A stretch of 64,000 bases of DNA from Akkermansiaceae bacterium. GTDB lineage: Bacteria > Verrucomicrobiota > Verrucomicrobiia > Verrucomicrobiales > Akkermansiaceae. The position numbers were made by a program, and so were the translations under genes. The stretch is from contig CAIVSK010000266.1 in the NCBI GenBank assembly GCA_903908495.1, positions 4,674 through 68,673 of the forward strand, read 5' to 3'. Shown here piece after piece: positions 38,401 to 46,656 of this stretch; the first letter of the stretch is position 1, and each line of letters starts with the position of its first letter. The notes beneath the pieces were generated by a model, which worked only from the letters and a program-made list of their open reading frames with translations, did no database searches and was not told the origin of the DNA.

Positions 38401-39456
38401 CCTGCCGTCGGGCAGTTCGCAGGGATCAATGTCGTGGAAGGGTCCATCAGTGAGCTTTTGCGGCGTGCCGCCGCCGGCACCGATCCGATAGATATGGTAA
38501 AACCCCTCGCCAGCGGGTGCCATGGATAGATAGATCCAGCGCCCGTCGAACGAGACCGAGGGCGATCCGAGCGCGCCGGCTCCGGCGTCTAGCAGCGGTA
38601 GCGGCACTACGCCCGGCTTGGCGGGCTTGAGGGCATAGAGCTTGTGTCCGACTTTCATCGGTGAGGGCAGGTCGTGCTCGGGGAAGGCCCTCGAGTCGCG
38701 CGGATTGAACACGGTGACCGACAGGCTGTCGTAGCTGTTGCCGAGCGCGCCGACCGGCCGATAGAGACTGCAGTCATCCCCGACATACACCAGCGCCTCC
38801 GGCCAGACAAAATCAGCGGGTGGAGCGGGTTCGCCGCCAGCCTCACGGTTGCCTGCGGGTTCCAGCGTGGCGTTCGTCGCGAACTTGCCCCATGGTGCGC
38901 TGCCAAAGCCTCCCAGACTCAGTGCCGCAGGCCACGCCTGGTCGTTGAGGCCCGGTTGTTGCCAGTTAGTTGGCTCCTCAGTGACGCATTTCCAGCTTGG
39001 CCGGGTGGTCAGTTCGGCCGTTTGGCCGTCCATCAACTCGACGACGAGGCGAACGAGCAGGCCCGCCGGTCCGGGCGCGGTGTTGACCGCCTCGATGGCG
39101 ATGGAGTTGTGTCCCGCCGCCAGCAGCGGAGCCACGTCGAACCGCTTCGCCCGGCTCCAGGCGTTAGGGTCGGCTTCACTCTCGCCGACGTAGCGGCCAT
39201 TCAGATAGACGGTGTACAGGTTGTCCGCGGTGATGAGCAACTCCGCCAAACGAATTTGTGCCTTTTCCGACACGTCCATGCTGGAGCGGAACCACACCGC
39301 TCCCGCCGGCGGGTTGAGGGCCGTCCCACCCGCCGGGGGTGCCGACCAAATCCATTCCGCCGCGCCGAAGTCCATCGGCGCGGCGCGGAGCCCCCCGGCC
39401 CATCCGAAGAGAATCAAAGCTAATGTTAGGGAGGCGGGCTTCGGTCTATTGCGCAT
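35494..39456 (-). CDS. Large secreted multidomain protein: N-terminal galactose-binding-like module, PD40/TolB-like beta-propeller region, CxxCH-like motif (CVGCH) and C-terminal HEAT/PBS-lyase repeats
   Basis: Signal peptide MRNRPKPASLTLALILFGWAGGLRA (ATG 39456). Mid region ..GRWIYLSMAP..FYHIYRI.. is propeller-like. The C-terminal 600 aa hold repeated ..VR.AAA.ALG.IG...A...L.. HEAT-like units. Confidence 0.7.
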   Translation of the reverse strand: MRNRPKPASLTLALILFGWAGGLRAAPMDFGAAEWIWSAPPAGGTALNPPAGAVWFRSSMDVSEKAQIRLAELLITADNLYTVYLNGRYVGESEADPNAWSRAKRFDVAPLLAAGHNSIAIEAVNTAPGPAGLLVRLVVELMDGQTAELTTRPSWKCVTEEPTNWQQPGLNDQAWPAALSLGGFGSAPWGKFATNATLEPAGNREAGGEPAPPADFVWPEALVYVGDDCSLYRPVGALGNSYDSLSVTVFNPRDSRAFPEHDLPSPMKVGHKLYALKPAKPGVVPLPLLDAGAGALGSPSVSFDGRWIYLSMAPAGEGFYHIYRIGAGGGTPQKLTDGPFHDIDPCELPDGRLVFTSTRIGTFEEYHNPPSRALFTMDPDGHHITPLTHTIVFDNEPEVLADGRILCIRSDNFFGRGKVETLLHAIHPDGTAGLTEFGLDQGPDYGGRLRAFNCGSPAPMPDGQVAFLTESGIAVGRPGGTAADLRHLEVAAGDVAALPDGRLLCTLAGRPGTGNYVRKTGAIAHATSYTRLAVIDPAPGGGKPVLIMDSPAAPLHSPVFLGARQRPPILPNSVDARAAAVPHPTGVFICQNARFTKNTNAGWPHVRAIRVLAGKGLTLRSSHSYIVHAGSEVTELGTVPLLADGSFAVEVPADTPIAFQAVDGEGRSELNEMSWIFVRPGETRGCVGCHQPRQEAPPIPLTGVLAMRVQPLKLLDTGSPHRFRGNNAAVTGLMELQFDRYREVAGINRHSETANPVATGAQEVAALIAQLGSSTAETKISAAQRLAIFRQRSAAPALALCLHADQQRELRVAAAIALATCGNRESVPPLLLALLDPDPLVARAAALALENLTAHAVPPDTAPDPCSQAAGWQQWLQAQPWDALEADLTQRLAGTDRDDVRKAAVALGHIGGNAARRGLRGYVSHERERNPLPEWRKSHDGDNARFNALDPVNPRCLQAAVRALGWLADAEAVPMLAETLRQNVDPATANLFLAEAAAQALGNIATPEAVAALIDIFSKLPDYPVYTRWYGDHDALIACHASPLHSYIIEALDAIGTTHTAAIVAELIRSVPTDPDRALMPGNDDYETLVGRVIRRSGQQAAVSETCLAMLGEPQAIQQAAIAKAMASTHPAWAGTPDPQNRAAQILSLVCRDTAYEPRIRAALLRFSSLPVDIPRVFDTGIPVVNKLPARHWVSFFLARELGNLHSLSSVAPLVTLLETSATEAASGRPDPLGPGVLFLHNDLTPCWRAEVAWAIGRCGDARAMPVLLKTIADLANATDTRYAAAIAAGHLADSAGLTELHRLARDYPETSVRRALLAR

Positions 39457-39625
39457 GGGTAAGAGGCATGTTGGAAAGGGCGTCTGACGGGCGGGTGTCG
39501 CCATGCGAGCCCGGTTCCCGGCAATGATTCTTGTTTCATGGGTGCAAGCGGGCGCGCTGTGGTTGCGCCTGCCTTGCTAAACGGGGCCGGGTGGCCCGTT
39601 CAATCATCAATGTTCAGACCTCGCC

Positions 39626-40402
39626 TCACAATGCGAACCACTCGGTGGGCTCGTTCGGGCAGGCACAATGAATCTGGGTCTGCGGGTGGCCGAGAGTGGT
39701 TAGACATTCGCGCAACAGCCCGAGCGCCAGTTGCGGCCCGTTGCAATCGGCGCTCAGATGGCCTAACACAACCCGCGCCAATGCCGGGTGGGCGACATCC
39801 CGCAGCAACTCGAGCACCTGCAAATTGGACAAGTGGCCGTGGCGGGAGCGGATGCGTTGCTTGGTCGGCCACGGGCGTTTGGTATCGGCTTCCAGCAGGT
39901 CCTCATCATAGTTGGCCTCGACGAAGAGGCCGTTGAGGCCGCGCAGGGTGTCGGTGACGCTGCGGGTGACAAAGCCGGTATCCGAGAGCACTCCCAGGCG
40001 CTTGGCTTGATGGTGGATGACGAAGCCGACCGGGTCGACTGCGTCGTGTTGGATGGCGAAGGACTCGACGGTGGCCGCGCCGACGTCAAACGAGCGGCCG
40101 GCTTCAAACACTTTCCATTTGGCACCTTCGATGCCGGTCTCGCGCACCACCTGTGCGGTGGCCGCGGTGGCAAACACCGGCAACCGATGCTGCTTGAGAA
40201 AAACCTTCAGCCCGCGGACGTGGTCGCCGTGCTCGTGGGTGAGTAAAATGCCGTCCAGCGATTCCGGTGCGACGCCCACCTGCGCCAGGCGCAGGCTGAG
40301 TTGTTTGGCGCTCAAACCCGCGTCAATCATCAAGCGAAGTCCGCCGCACTCGACCAACGCCGCATTGCCACTGCTACCGCTTCCGAGAATCACAAATCGC
40401 AT
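39626..40402 (-). CDS. MBL-fold metallo-hydrolase (YycJ/PhnP-like)
   Basis: MRFVILGSGSSGNAALVECGG..LLTHEHGDHV (HxHxDH). Start at ATG 40402. Confidence 0.85.
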   Translation of the reverse strand: MRFVILGSGSSGNAALVECGGLRLMIDAGLSAKQLSLRLAQVGVAPESLDGILLTHEHGDHVRGLKVFLKQHRLPVFATAATAQVVRETGIEGAKWKVFEAGRSFDVGAATVESFAIQHDAVDPVGFVIHHQAKRLGVLSDTGFVTRSVTDTLRGLNGLFVEANYDEDLLEADTKRPWPTKQRIRSRHGHLSNLQVLELLRDVAHPALARVVLGHLSADCNGPQLALGLLRECLTTLGHPQTQIHCACPNEPTEWFAL

Positions 40403-40586
40403 CCGGCCCGGAGGATGGACTATGGGCCCGCCGCTGGCAAGGGGGACTCGGCGGAAAACGCGGACTGTGGTCATCGATGCACCTGAATTGGGCCTTTCGG
40501 CCCCAATACAGTCGAGCATGGCTGGGCGTGCCGCTGCAAATCATTGGGGTGGCGGCGTCCTCCCGGCTCCCGGGGGGCTCAATGCC

Positions 40587-41732
40587 TCACTTCGAGTCGG
40601 TGCCGGGTGGCGGCGTTACCGATTCCGGCGCTGGCGATGCCGGCGGGTCCTCATAGACCCAGGACGTGCTCAGTACCTGATCGATAAGCACGCCGCGGCG
40701 CGACTGGGTGCCGGCAGGCAGGGTCAGGCGCAGGATCGCCGCGGCGGGTTCGCGGGCTTTGGGATCAATCAGCGCCAGCAAGGCAGCCTCCACCGGTCCG
40801 CCACGCGGCACATAGCCAAACAGCGTTTCCTCGCCGCCGGGAGTGGTCAGACGAAACGATGCCCATTGACGCGCATCGGAAAATTCATGGGTGAAAAAAT
40901 TGTCTTTTCTGATGTAAACGCGGAAATCCATTGTTGTCGCCTGCGGCCGTTGCCGGGCGTAGTCGTTCCAGTTCATCGGTTGGTAGGTTACCGCCGTCTC
41001 CCAGTCCACCGCGATTCTGCCCGCCGGGTCTTGCTCGACAAGAATATCCCTGATCTGCCCGTCGCCCAGCTCGGTGGTGAACACCCAAAAATCGCTCTTG
41101 CCCCCCATCATTGCCCCCTCGAACTTGCCCACCCGCTTGAATCCCAGTGCCTGCAGCGGGTTTTGCGCATAGTACCGCTCCATCAAGGGACGCACTTGTT
41201 CGGGATGGCGCAACAAGGGCAACATCGCCTCCAGCGAGCCCGCCTCGCAAAACGCCTTCACTTGGCGCTCCATGCCCTCGATCATGGCCTTCAGCGCGCG
41301 GTCGCTCGCGGCGGATTCCTCGGCCGCTTCGGCCACCTGCATTTGCTCCTCCCTGACCTGTGGCTCCGCTTGCCGGATGTGGCTGATCGACCAGATGACC
41401 GCGGCCGCCAGCACCAGGCCCACCAAGGCAAACCAGCCCCATGCCACGGGGCCGGACTGGCCTGCGGCTTGGCTCCAGGCCTCTTCCGCATGGGGTGCAG
41501 TGGGCTCGTCGGTCGCAATCAGCACCTCGACCCCCGGTTGATGGCTGCGCCGGGTGTCCAGCGCTTCCAGATTGGGCAGTTCCAAGCGCGCCGCCGGCGC
41601 CTGGCGGGTGTCCTTGTTTTCGGGAATGAGCCGCACCGGTTGCCCTTCCAAGCCCAGCCGCGGCACCACCACCTTGACCGCCGGTTGGTCGTCCACGGTC
41701 CTCAATTCAATCGGTCTCTTGTCGCGCGCCAT
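40587..41732 (-). CDS. Hypothetical single-pass membrane protein
   Basis: 381-aa ORF with one TM helix (WGWFALVGLVLAAAVIWSI). Codon usage resembles its neighbours. No family recognised. Confidence 0.6.
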   Translation of the reverse strand: MARDKRPIELRTVDDQPAVKVVVPRLGLEGQPVRLIPENKDTRQAPAARLELPNLEALDTRRSHQPGVEVLIATDEPTAPHAEEAWSQAAGQSGPVAWGWFALVGLVLAAAVIWSISHIRQAEPQVREEQMQVAEAAEESAASDRALKAMIEGMERQVKAFCEAGSLEAMLPLLRHPEQVRPLMERYYAQNPLQALGFKRVGKFEGAMMGGKSDFWVFTTELGDGQIRDILVEQDPAGRIAVDWETAVTYQPMNWNDYARQRPQATTMDFRVYIRKDNFFTHEFSDARQWASFRLTTPGGEETLFGYVPRGGPVEAALLALIDPKAREPAAAILRLTLPAGTQSRRGVLIDQVLSTSWVYEDPPASPAPESVTPPPGTDSK

Positions 41733-41808
41733 ACCCCGCGAAACTTAAACCCAAAAAGTCCATCGACGCAATGCCTCAATCCACCTAAAATCCGCGCCGA
41801 CCCCCGCC

Positions 41809-42939
41809 ATGCCAACCGCCCCTCGTTTGCTCATTCTCACCGCCGCCTTCGGGGAAGGCCACAACAGTGCGGCGCGCAACCTTGCCCTTGCCCTCACTGC
41901 CGCAGGTGCCGACGCCCAGGTGTGCGACCCTTGTCTGCTGGCCACCCCCATCCTCACCCAAACCCTCAGCCGGCTCTATCGCTTTGCCACGGATTATCTC
42001 CCGCAAGTGTGGGGGAAAATCTACCATTCCATCGACCGCGTTGATTTCAAGCACAGTGGCACCTTGCTCACCCGCAAGCCCGAAGCGTTGCTGGCCAAGC
42101 TTATTGCCGACTATCAACCCACGGCGATCGTCAGCTCGTATCCACTTTACCCCTATCTGCTGGAACGCATCTTCAACAAGACCGGCACCCGCCTGCCGGT
42201 CTTCACGGTGGTCACCGACTCGATTGAAATCAACTCCGCCTGGCTGCGTGCACCGAGCGATTTCTGGCTGGTCACCGACGCCGCCACCCGCGACTCGATG
42301 GTTCGCAGTGGGCTTCCGGCCGCCCGCATCATCGACACCGGCTTTCCGGTCAATCCGGAATTTGCGCGGCTCACCCCACTCGATCCGGGCGATCCCTGCG
42401 ATCCCTTCCGCGTGTTGTTCTTTCCCACCGCCCGCCGCCACTCCATCGCCTCCTGTGGCACCGCCATCCTCAATGCCTCGCCGGCCGTGCACCTGACCCT
42501 GGTGCTCGGTAAGAACGTCAAGCTGCTGCATCGACACGCCCGCGCCCTGCAACTGGCCTTTCCCGGACGCGTTCGCATCCTTGGCTGGACCCGCCGCATT
42601 CCCCGCCTGCTGACACAACACCACCTCGTCGTCGGCAAAGCCGGCGGCGCCACCGTCCACGAAGCCATCGCGGCGCATTGTCCGATGCTCATCCACCACC
42701 TCGTGCCCGGTCAGGAAGAAGGCAATCTGCGCCTGCTGGAAGCCATTGGCGGTGGCGGGCTTGCCGCCGATCCACGCACCCTTGCAGCTCGCATCCAGGC
42801 CGTTCTCGCCCACCAGGCGGCTCCCTGGCGTGCCATGAAACGCGCGCTCGCCGCCCACAACCGCGACTCCGGTGCCATCGCCGCCGCGCGCTGCATTCTG
42901 CAAAGGCCGGAAAACCTGCAGACTCAGGATGCAAGATAG
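41809..42939 (+). CDS. Glycosyltransferase, MGDG synthase/UgtP-like (GT28)
   Basis: LILTAAFGEGHNSAARNLALAL N-terminal motif and C-terminal ..LVVGKAGGATVHEAIAAHCPMLI.. nucleotide-sugar binding region. Confidence 0.8.
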   Translation: MPTAPRLLILTAAFGEGHNSAARNLALALTAAGADAQVCDPCLLATPILTQTLSRLYRFATDYLPQVWGKIYHSIDRVDFKHSGTLLTRKPEALLAKLIADYQPTAIVSSYPLYPYLLERIFNKTGTRLPVFTVVTDSIEINSAWLRAPSDFWLVTDAATRDSMVRSGLPAARIIDTGFPVNPEFARLTPLDPGDPCDPFRVLFFPTARRHSIASCGTAILNASPAVHLTLVLGKNVKLLHRHARALQLAFPGRVRILGWTRRIPRLLTQHHLVVGKAGGATVHEAIAAHCPMLIHHLVPGQEEGNLRLLEAIGGGGLAADPRTLAARIQAVLAHQAAPWRAMKRALAAHNRDSGAIAAARCILQRPENLQTQDAR

Positions 42940-43005
42940 GAGCGGTTCGGTTTGTTGATTCTTCCCTTGTGTCCCGGGTCATTTTTCCCTCTCTTCCTTT
43001 TCCCC

Positions 43006-43635
43006 ATGACTTTTCTCTTCGATATCGGCCGCGTGCTTCTGGACTTTGATTTCGAGCGTTCGTTGGCCCGCCTGCTGCCGCCTGATGCGACCGACCCGCG
43101 TGCCCGTCTGGAATTATTATTAGATCAGAGGGATGAATTTGAAGCCGGCGCCATCGAGACTGATACCTATATTGCATGGGCCTTGGGCGTGCTTGGCAGC
43201 GGGGCCACCGCCGAGGACTTCCGGCACGCCTGGCGGCATGTGTTCACGCCGATCGAGCCGATGTGGCAGGAGGTGCGCATGCTTGCAGCTGCGGGTCACC
43301 GGCTCATCCTGTTTTCCAACACCAACGCCATCCACTGTCCGTGGATTTTCGAGGTCTTTGCCGATTTCGCGCTGTTTCAAGCCGCGGTCCTCTCGTATCA
43401 AGTCGGCGGCGTCAAGCCCGAGCCGGCGATCTATCAGTACGCCATCGCCACCCACCAACTCGATCCCGCCACCACCCTCTACATCGACGATTTGCCGGCC
43501 AATATCGCCACCGGCCGCAGCCACGGCTTCCGTTGCTTCCAGTACGATCAAGCCAACCATGGCGCATTCCAGCAGTGGCTGCGCGGTGAGCTTGAGCGCG
43601 GGCTTGAAGCCGGTCATGGCGAAATGAAGCTGTAA
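43006..43635 (+). CDS. HAD-superfamily hydrolase (YihX-like phosphatase)
   Basis: MTFLFDIGRVLLDFDFE.. motif I variant, ..LFSNTN.. motif II, ..YIDDLPANI.. motif IV. Start at ATG 43006. Confidence 0.8.
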   Translation: MTFLFDIGRVLLDFDFERSLARLLPPDATDPRARLELLLDQRDEFEAGAIETDTYIAWALGVLGSGATAEDFRHAWRHVFTPIEPMWQEVRMLAAAGHRLILFSNTNAIHCPWIFEVFADFALFQAAVLSYQVGGVKPEPAIYQYAIATHQLDPATTLYIDDLPANIATGRSHGFRCFQYDQANHGAFQQWLRGELERGLEAGHGEMKL

Positions 43636-43696
43636 ACCCGGCACCTACATCCGGCACCTACATAAGGAACGGCATTATGTTCTTGCCGACCGCGGG

Positions 43697-43900
43697 ATGC
43701 CGGACCAGGCGGAGGCGCTCATGGCCGGCTATTTGCGGCGCATGTGCAACCTTGCGCCGATGTTTGTGAAGGAGTTGAAAGAGCGGTCTTCGCGCTGGTA
43801 CAACCGTCACCACGACCGGCGCGGGACGCTGTGGAGAACGCTTCAAAATCGCAGCTACTTGAGCGCGTCGCGGCACCAGGCGAGGGCCATCAGGGCGTAG
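43697..43900 (+). pseudogene. Fragment of an IS200/RAYT-like (Y1) transposase
   Basis: ..MFVKELKERSSRWYNRHHDRRGTLW.. matches the conserved ..F.RWFN.RH.R.G.LW.ERFKS.. block of REP-associated/IS200-like transposases. The expected ERFKS..LE continues only in another frame (ENASKSQLLE). The catalytic HUH and Tyr regions are absent. Its 3-prime end overlaps the convergent gene ending at 43855. Confidence 0.5.
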
Positions 43901-45150
43901 CCGGTGCCGTAGGGGCGGTGGTAGTTGTAGAGTGGATAGTCCCACCACGAACCGTCCTTTTCCTGATGGGACAGGATGATGGCGGCGAGGCGCCTGGCGT
44001 AGGCGGCGTGGGTGGCCTTGGGCAGCAGGCGGGCCGACTCGGTGAAATAGTAGATGCCGTAATAGTAGAAGTAGCCGGCGATGCGGAAAGGAGCCTCATG
44101 TGGTACCGGGCGTTTGCGGCCATTGCTCAGGAAACCTTCGCGGGCCAGAAAACGGTCGGCCCATTCGGTGAGTACCTGGTCGGTCACCAGCGGGTTGCCG
44201 AACACGCGCAGGCAGGCGTTGCAGGCCTGCGAGCGGCCGAGCGAGCCGGCGGGGCGGTTGATGTCGAGGCGCGGCCGGTAGCGATGCTGGAACGAATAGG
44301 TGTAGGAAAAATCCGGGGTGCGTTGATAGTTGATGGAAGCGAGCGCGTGCTTGACGAGTTTGTCATCGAGGGTCACGCCCATGGTGGAGCGGGCCTCGGC
44401 CATGGCTAACAGGACCGTGGCGGTGGTGAACGAGGTGGGCAGGCCGGAGGGTTTCTGAGTGGTCAGGCCGTCGTAAATATCGAGGTAGCCCCAGCCGCCG
44501 TTGACGTCCTCGCTGCGGTTGGCCGTATCCACCTGTTGTTGGGCGAGGCGGGCCCAGGCGGCCTTTTTGGCGGGGTCGGTTTCACGTTGATAGAGGCGGG
44601 CGATGGCGCGCAGGCCATAGGCGTGGCCCCAGGAATTGTAGGTGCAATCCTGGCTGGTGCGGCGCAGGTTCGGCAGTTCGGCGGCGGTCCAGGCGGCGGC
44701 CTTGTCGATGGCGGCGGCGACCTCGGGGCGGGGGTCGGCGGCATCGATCAGGCCGGAGAGAGCCAGCCCGGAGGCACCCGCGCGGAACGCCTGATGGCCA
44801 CCCGGCAGCGGCGCGAAGATGTTGAGGTCCTTGGTTTGGGTGGCGTCACCCCACGAGCCGTTCTTGTTCTGATCGGCTAACAGGAAATCGACGCCGCGGC
44901 GGATCGCCGCGTCCAGCGCCTCGCGGGTGAGTTCCGGGAGCGGCGCGGCAGCGGTGGTCGCCGCGGGTGTGGATTTTTCGCTAGGTTCGGCAGTCGCGGC
45001 GATGGCGAGGCAGCAGGCAAGACCCAAGACCCAAGACGGCGAGACGCAAGACGCAAGATGAAGACGCGAGCGCGAATCGGGCGGGCCCGGAGGCAGGGAA
45101 TGACGGGCCGGAAGATTGCGGGCCGGAAGATTGAAGAAATTGTTGGGCAT
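43855..45150 (-). CDS. Secreted prenyltransferase/squalene-oxidase-repeat (alpha-alpha toroid) protein
   Basis: ..RGVDFLLADQNKNGSWGD.. and ..ILSHQEKDGSWWDYPLYNYHRPYGTGYALMALA.. repeats. The N-terminal 45 codons are built from short DNA repeats, so the exact start is uncertain. Confidence 0.75.
   Translation of the reverse strand: MPNNFFNLPARNLPARHSLPPGPPDSRSRLHLASCVSPSWVLGLACCLAIAATAEPSEKSTPAATTAAAPLPELTREALDAAIRRGVDFLLADQNKNGSWGDATQTKDLNIFAPLPGGHQAFRAGASGLALSGLIDAADPRPEVAAAIDKAAAWTAAELPNLRRTSQDCTYNSWGHAYGLRAIARLYQRETDPAKKAAWARLAQQQVDTANRSEDVNGGWGYLDIYDGLTTQKPSGLPTSFTTATVLLAMAEARSTMGVTLDDKLVKHALASINYQRTPDFSYTYSFQHRYRPRLDINRPAGSLGRSQACNACLRVFGNPLVTDQVLTEWADRFLAREGFLSNGRKRPVPHEAPFRIAGYFYYYGIYYFTESARLLPKATHAAYARRLAAIILSHQEKDGSWWDYPLYNYHRPYGTGYALMALAWCRDALK
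45018..45066. repeat. Period-7 AAGAC-type repeat block (inside the 5-prime end of the 43855-45150 CDS)
   Basis: CAAGACC CAAGACC CAAGACG GCGAGAC GCAAGAC GCAAGAT GAAGACG. It is the inverted counterpart of 45153-45221. Confidence 0.75.
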
Positions 45151-45152
45151 AT

Positions 45153-45221
45153 TCTTGTCTTGTATCTTGCGTCTTGCAGTCTTGGGTCTTCAGGTCTAGC
45201 GTCTTCGATTCTAGCGTCTGC
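45153..45221. repeat. Period-7 GTCTT-type repeat block in the intergenic spacer
   Basis: TCTTGTCTTGTATCTTGCGTCTTGCAGTCTTGGGTCTTCAGGTCTAGCGTCTTCGATTCTAGCGTCTGC. It shares GCGTCTTGC and GTCTTGGGTCTT with the reverse complement of 45018-45066. Confidence 0.75.
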
Positions 45222-46619
45222 TTACGGCGTTAGGATCACCTGGCCGGCCTCCAGGCCGCTGAGGATTTCACTGGTGTCCTTGTTGGCGCGGCCGCGTTTG
45301 ACCGGGCGGCGCTCGGTCTTGCCGTCGGCCAGCTTGATTTCCACGCTCCAACCGCCAGGGGTGAAGCTGAGCGCCTTGGTAGGCACGGCGATGGCGTCGG
45401 GCTTTTCATAGGCGACGAGGGAAACTTCAGCGGTGTTGCCGGGGGTGATGCTGATGGTGGCGGGCCAGGTGACCTCGAGGGTGGCGCGGTAGCGGCCGTC
45501 GGGTTCCGGGGTGTTGGCGATTTTGGCGAGTTTGAGGGGGATTTCGAGGTCCTCGCGGCCGGCGAGGCAGGCGTTGCCCTTGAGTTCTGGTGTTAGGGAG
45601 CGGGCGGTGGCTTCATCGACAAATGCGCTGAGGCCGAGTTTGGCGGTGGCGGGGATGAAGGTGGCGAATGAGCGTTTGAGGGGAGCCTTGCCGCCGACGG
45701 CGAGGGCTTTGAGGAGTTCGCCGGTGCTCCAGCGGCCGTCCTCGAAGGATCCCAGATAGAACCAACCGGCGGCGGGTGCCTTGATTTCAAAGAGTTTGCG
45801 ATCGGTCTCAAGTTTGGCGAGGGATTCTTTGTCGCGGGTGAACGCGGTCTTGGCGGCTTCGAGCTGGATTTTCTGGAGTTTGATTTGGCGGGGCAGATTG
45901 GCCTCGCCCTTGGTCAGGGCGAGGGCGGATTCACTCTCGCCGGCGGCGAGGGTTTCGGCTTCGCGGGGCAGTGTGACCTTGAGGGTGCGGTCGTGGTCGA
46001 GTTGTTCCATGCGCAGGGAGAATTCGGCGTGGGCCACAGCGTCGCGCTGGCGGGTGAGGATGATCTCCTCGGTTTCCTCGACGAGGTCGTCGGCGGCGTA
46101 CATTTTAGTGAGTTGGCGCAGTTCCTCGAGTTGGTTTTCGAGGGTTTCCTTGCTCCGTTTGAGGACATGATCGACGTGCTCTTCGTTTGCCTTGCGACGG
46201 GTCGCTGTGAAGTATTGGTTTTCCTCCTTGGCGTTGCGGGCGGCGCGGCGCAGTGCGTCGAGCTTGAGCTGGGTCGCTTCGGTGAGGTTGGCGAAGTCCA
46301 ACTCGGTTTGGGCGAGGGTGAGTTCGCTGGAGGCCAGCGCGCGGTTGGCGTCGGTGAGCTTGTTGTCGATGTCTTCGGTATCAAAGGCGATGAGGACATC
46401 GCCGGCCGCGACCTTGCTGCCATGGGTGGCGAGGTGGGTGATTTCGAAATCCGCCCAGGCCTTTGGCTCAAGCCGGATGCGGGTGGTTTCCGCAGGAATG
46501 GCCGTGGCGCCGAAGGTTTGCTGGGTGAAGAAGAGTTTGGGTTGAATCGTCAGTTCGCCGGCCTGGGCCAGCGTGGTGAGCAAGACGGGAATGCAATGGA
46601 GAACGGTGAGGCGGGGCAT
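45222..46619 (-). CDS. HlyD-family periplasmic adaptor-like protein (no cognate transporter adjacent)
   Basis: Signal peptide MPRLTVLHCIPVLLTTLAQA (ATG 46619). ..GDVLIAFDTEDIDNKL.. lipoyl-like segment, long coiled coil and C-terminal beta-barrel. The 651-aa ORF version has a P/R/S-rich artefactual extension. Confidence 0.75.
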   Translation of the reverse strand: MPRLTVLHCIPVLLTTLAQAGELTIQPKLFFTQQTFGATAIPAETTRIRLEPKAWADFEITHLATHGSKVAAGDVLIAFDTEDIDNKLTDANRALASSELTLAQTELDFANLTEATQLKLDALRRAARNAKEENQYFTATRRKANEEHVDHVLKRSKETLENQLEELRQLTKMYAADDLVEETEEIILTRQRDAVAHAEFSLRMEQLDHDRTLKVTLPREAETLAAGESESALALTKGEANLPRQIKLQKIQLEAAKTAFTRDKESLAKLETDRKLFEIKAPAAGWFYLGSFEDGRWSTGELLKALAVGGKAPLKRSFATFIPATAKLGLSAFVDEATARSLTPELKGNACLAGREDLEIPLKLAKIANTPEPDGRYRATLEVTWPATISITPGNTAEVSLVAYEKPDAIAVPTKALSFTPGGWSVEIKLADGKTERRPVKRGRANKDTSEILSGLEAGQVILTP

Positions 46620-46656
46620 GGGATGTGGGTGATGGGAAGTTTTTATTACAGCGCTG

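Noticed and set aside
39163-39431. Telomere-like TTAGGG/CCCTAA strings among the CTAAC/GTTAG hits (e.g. 39163, 39425, 45593, 34119, 36572)
   Set aside because: They are only single units, never tandem. They are explained as a subset of the pentamer with a G/C neighbour.
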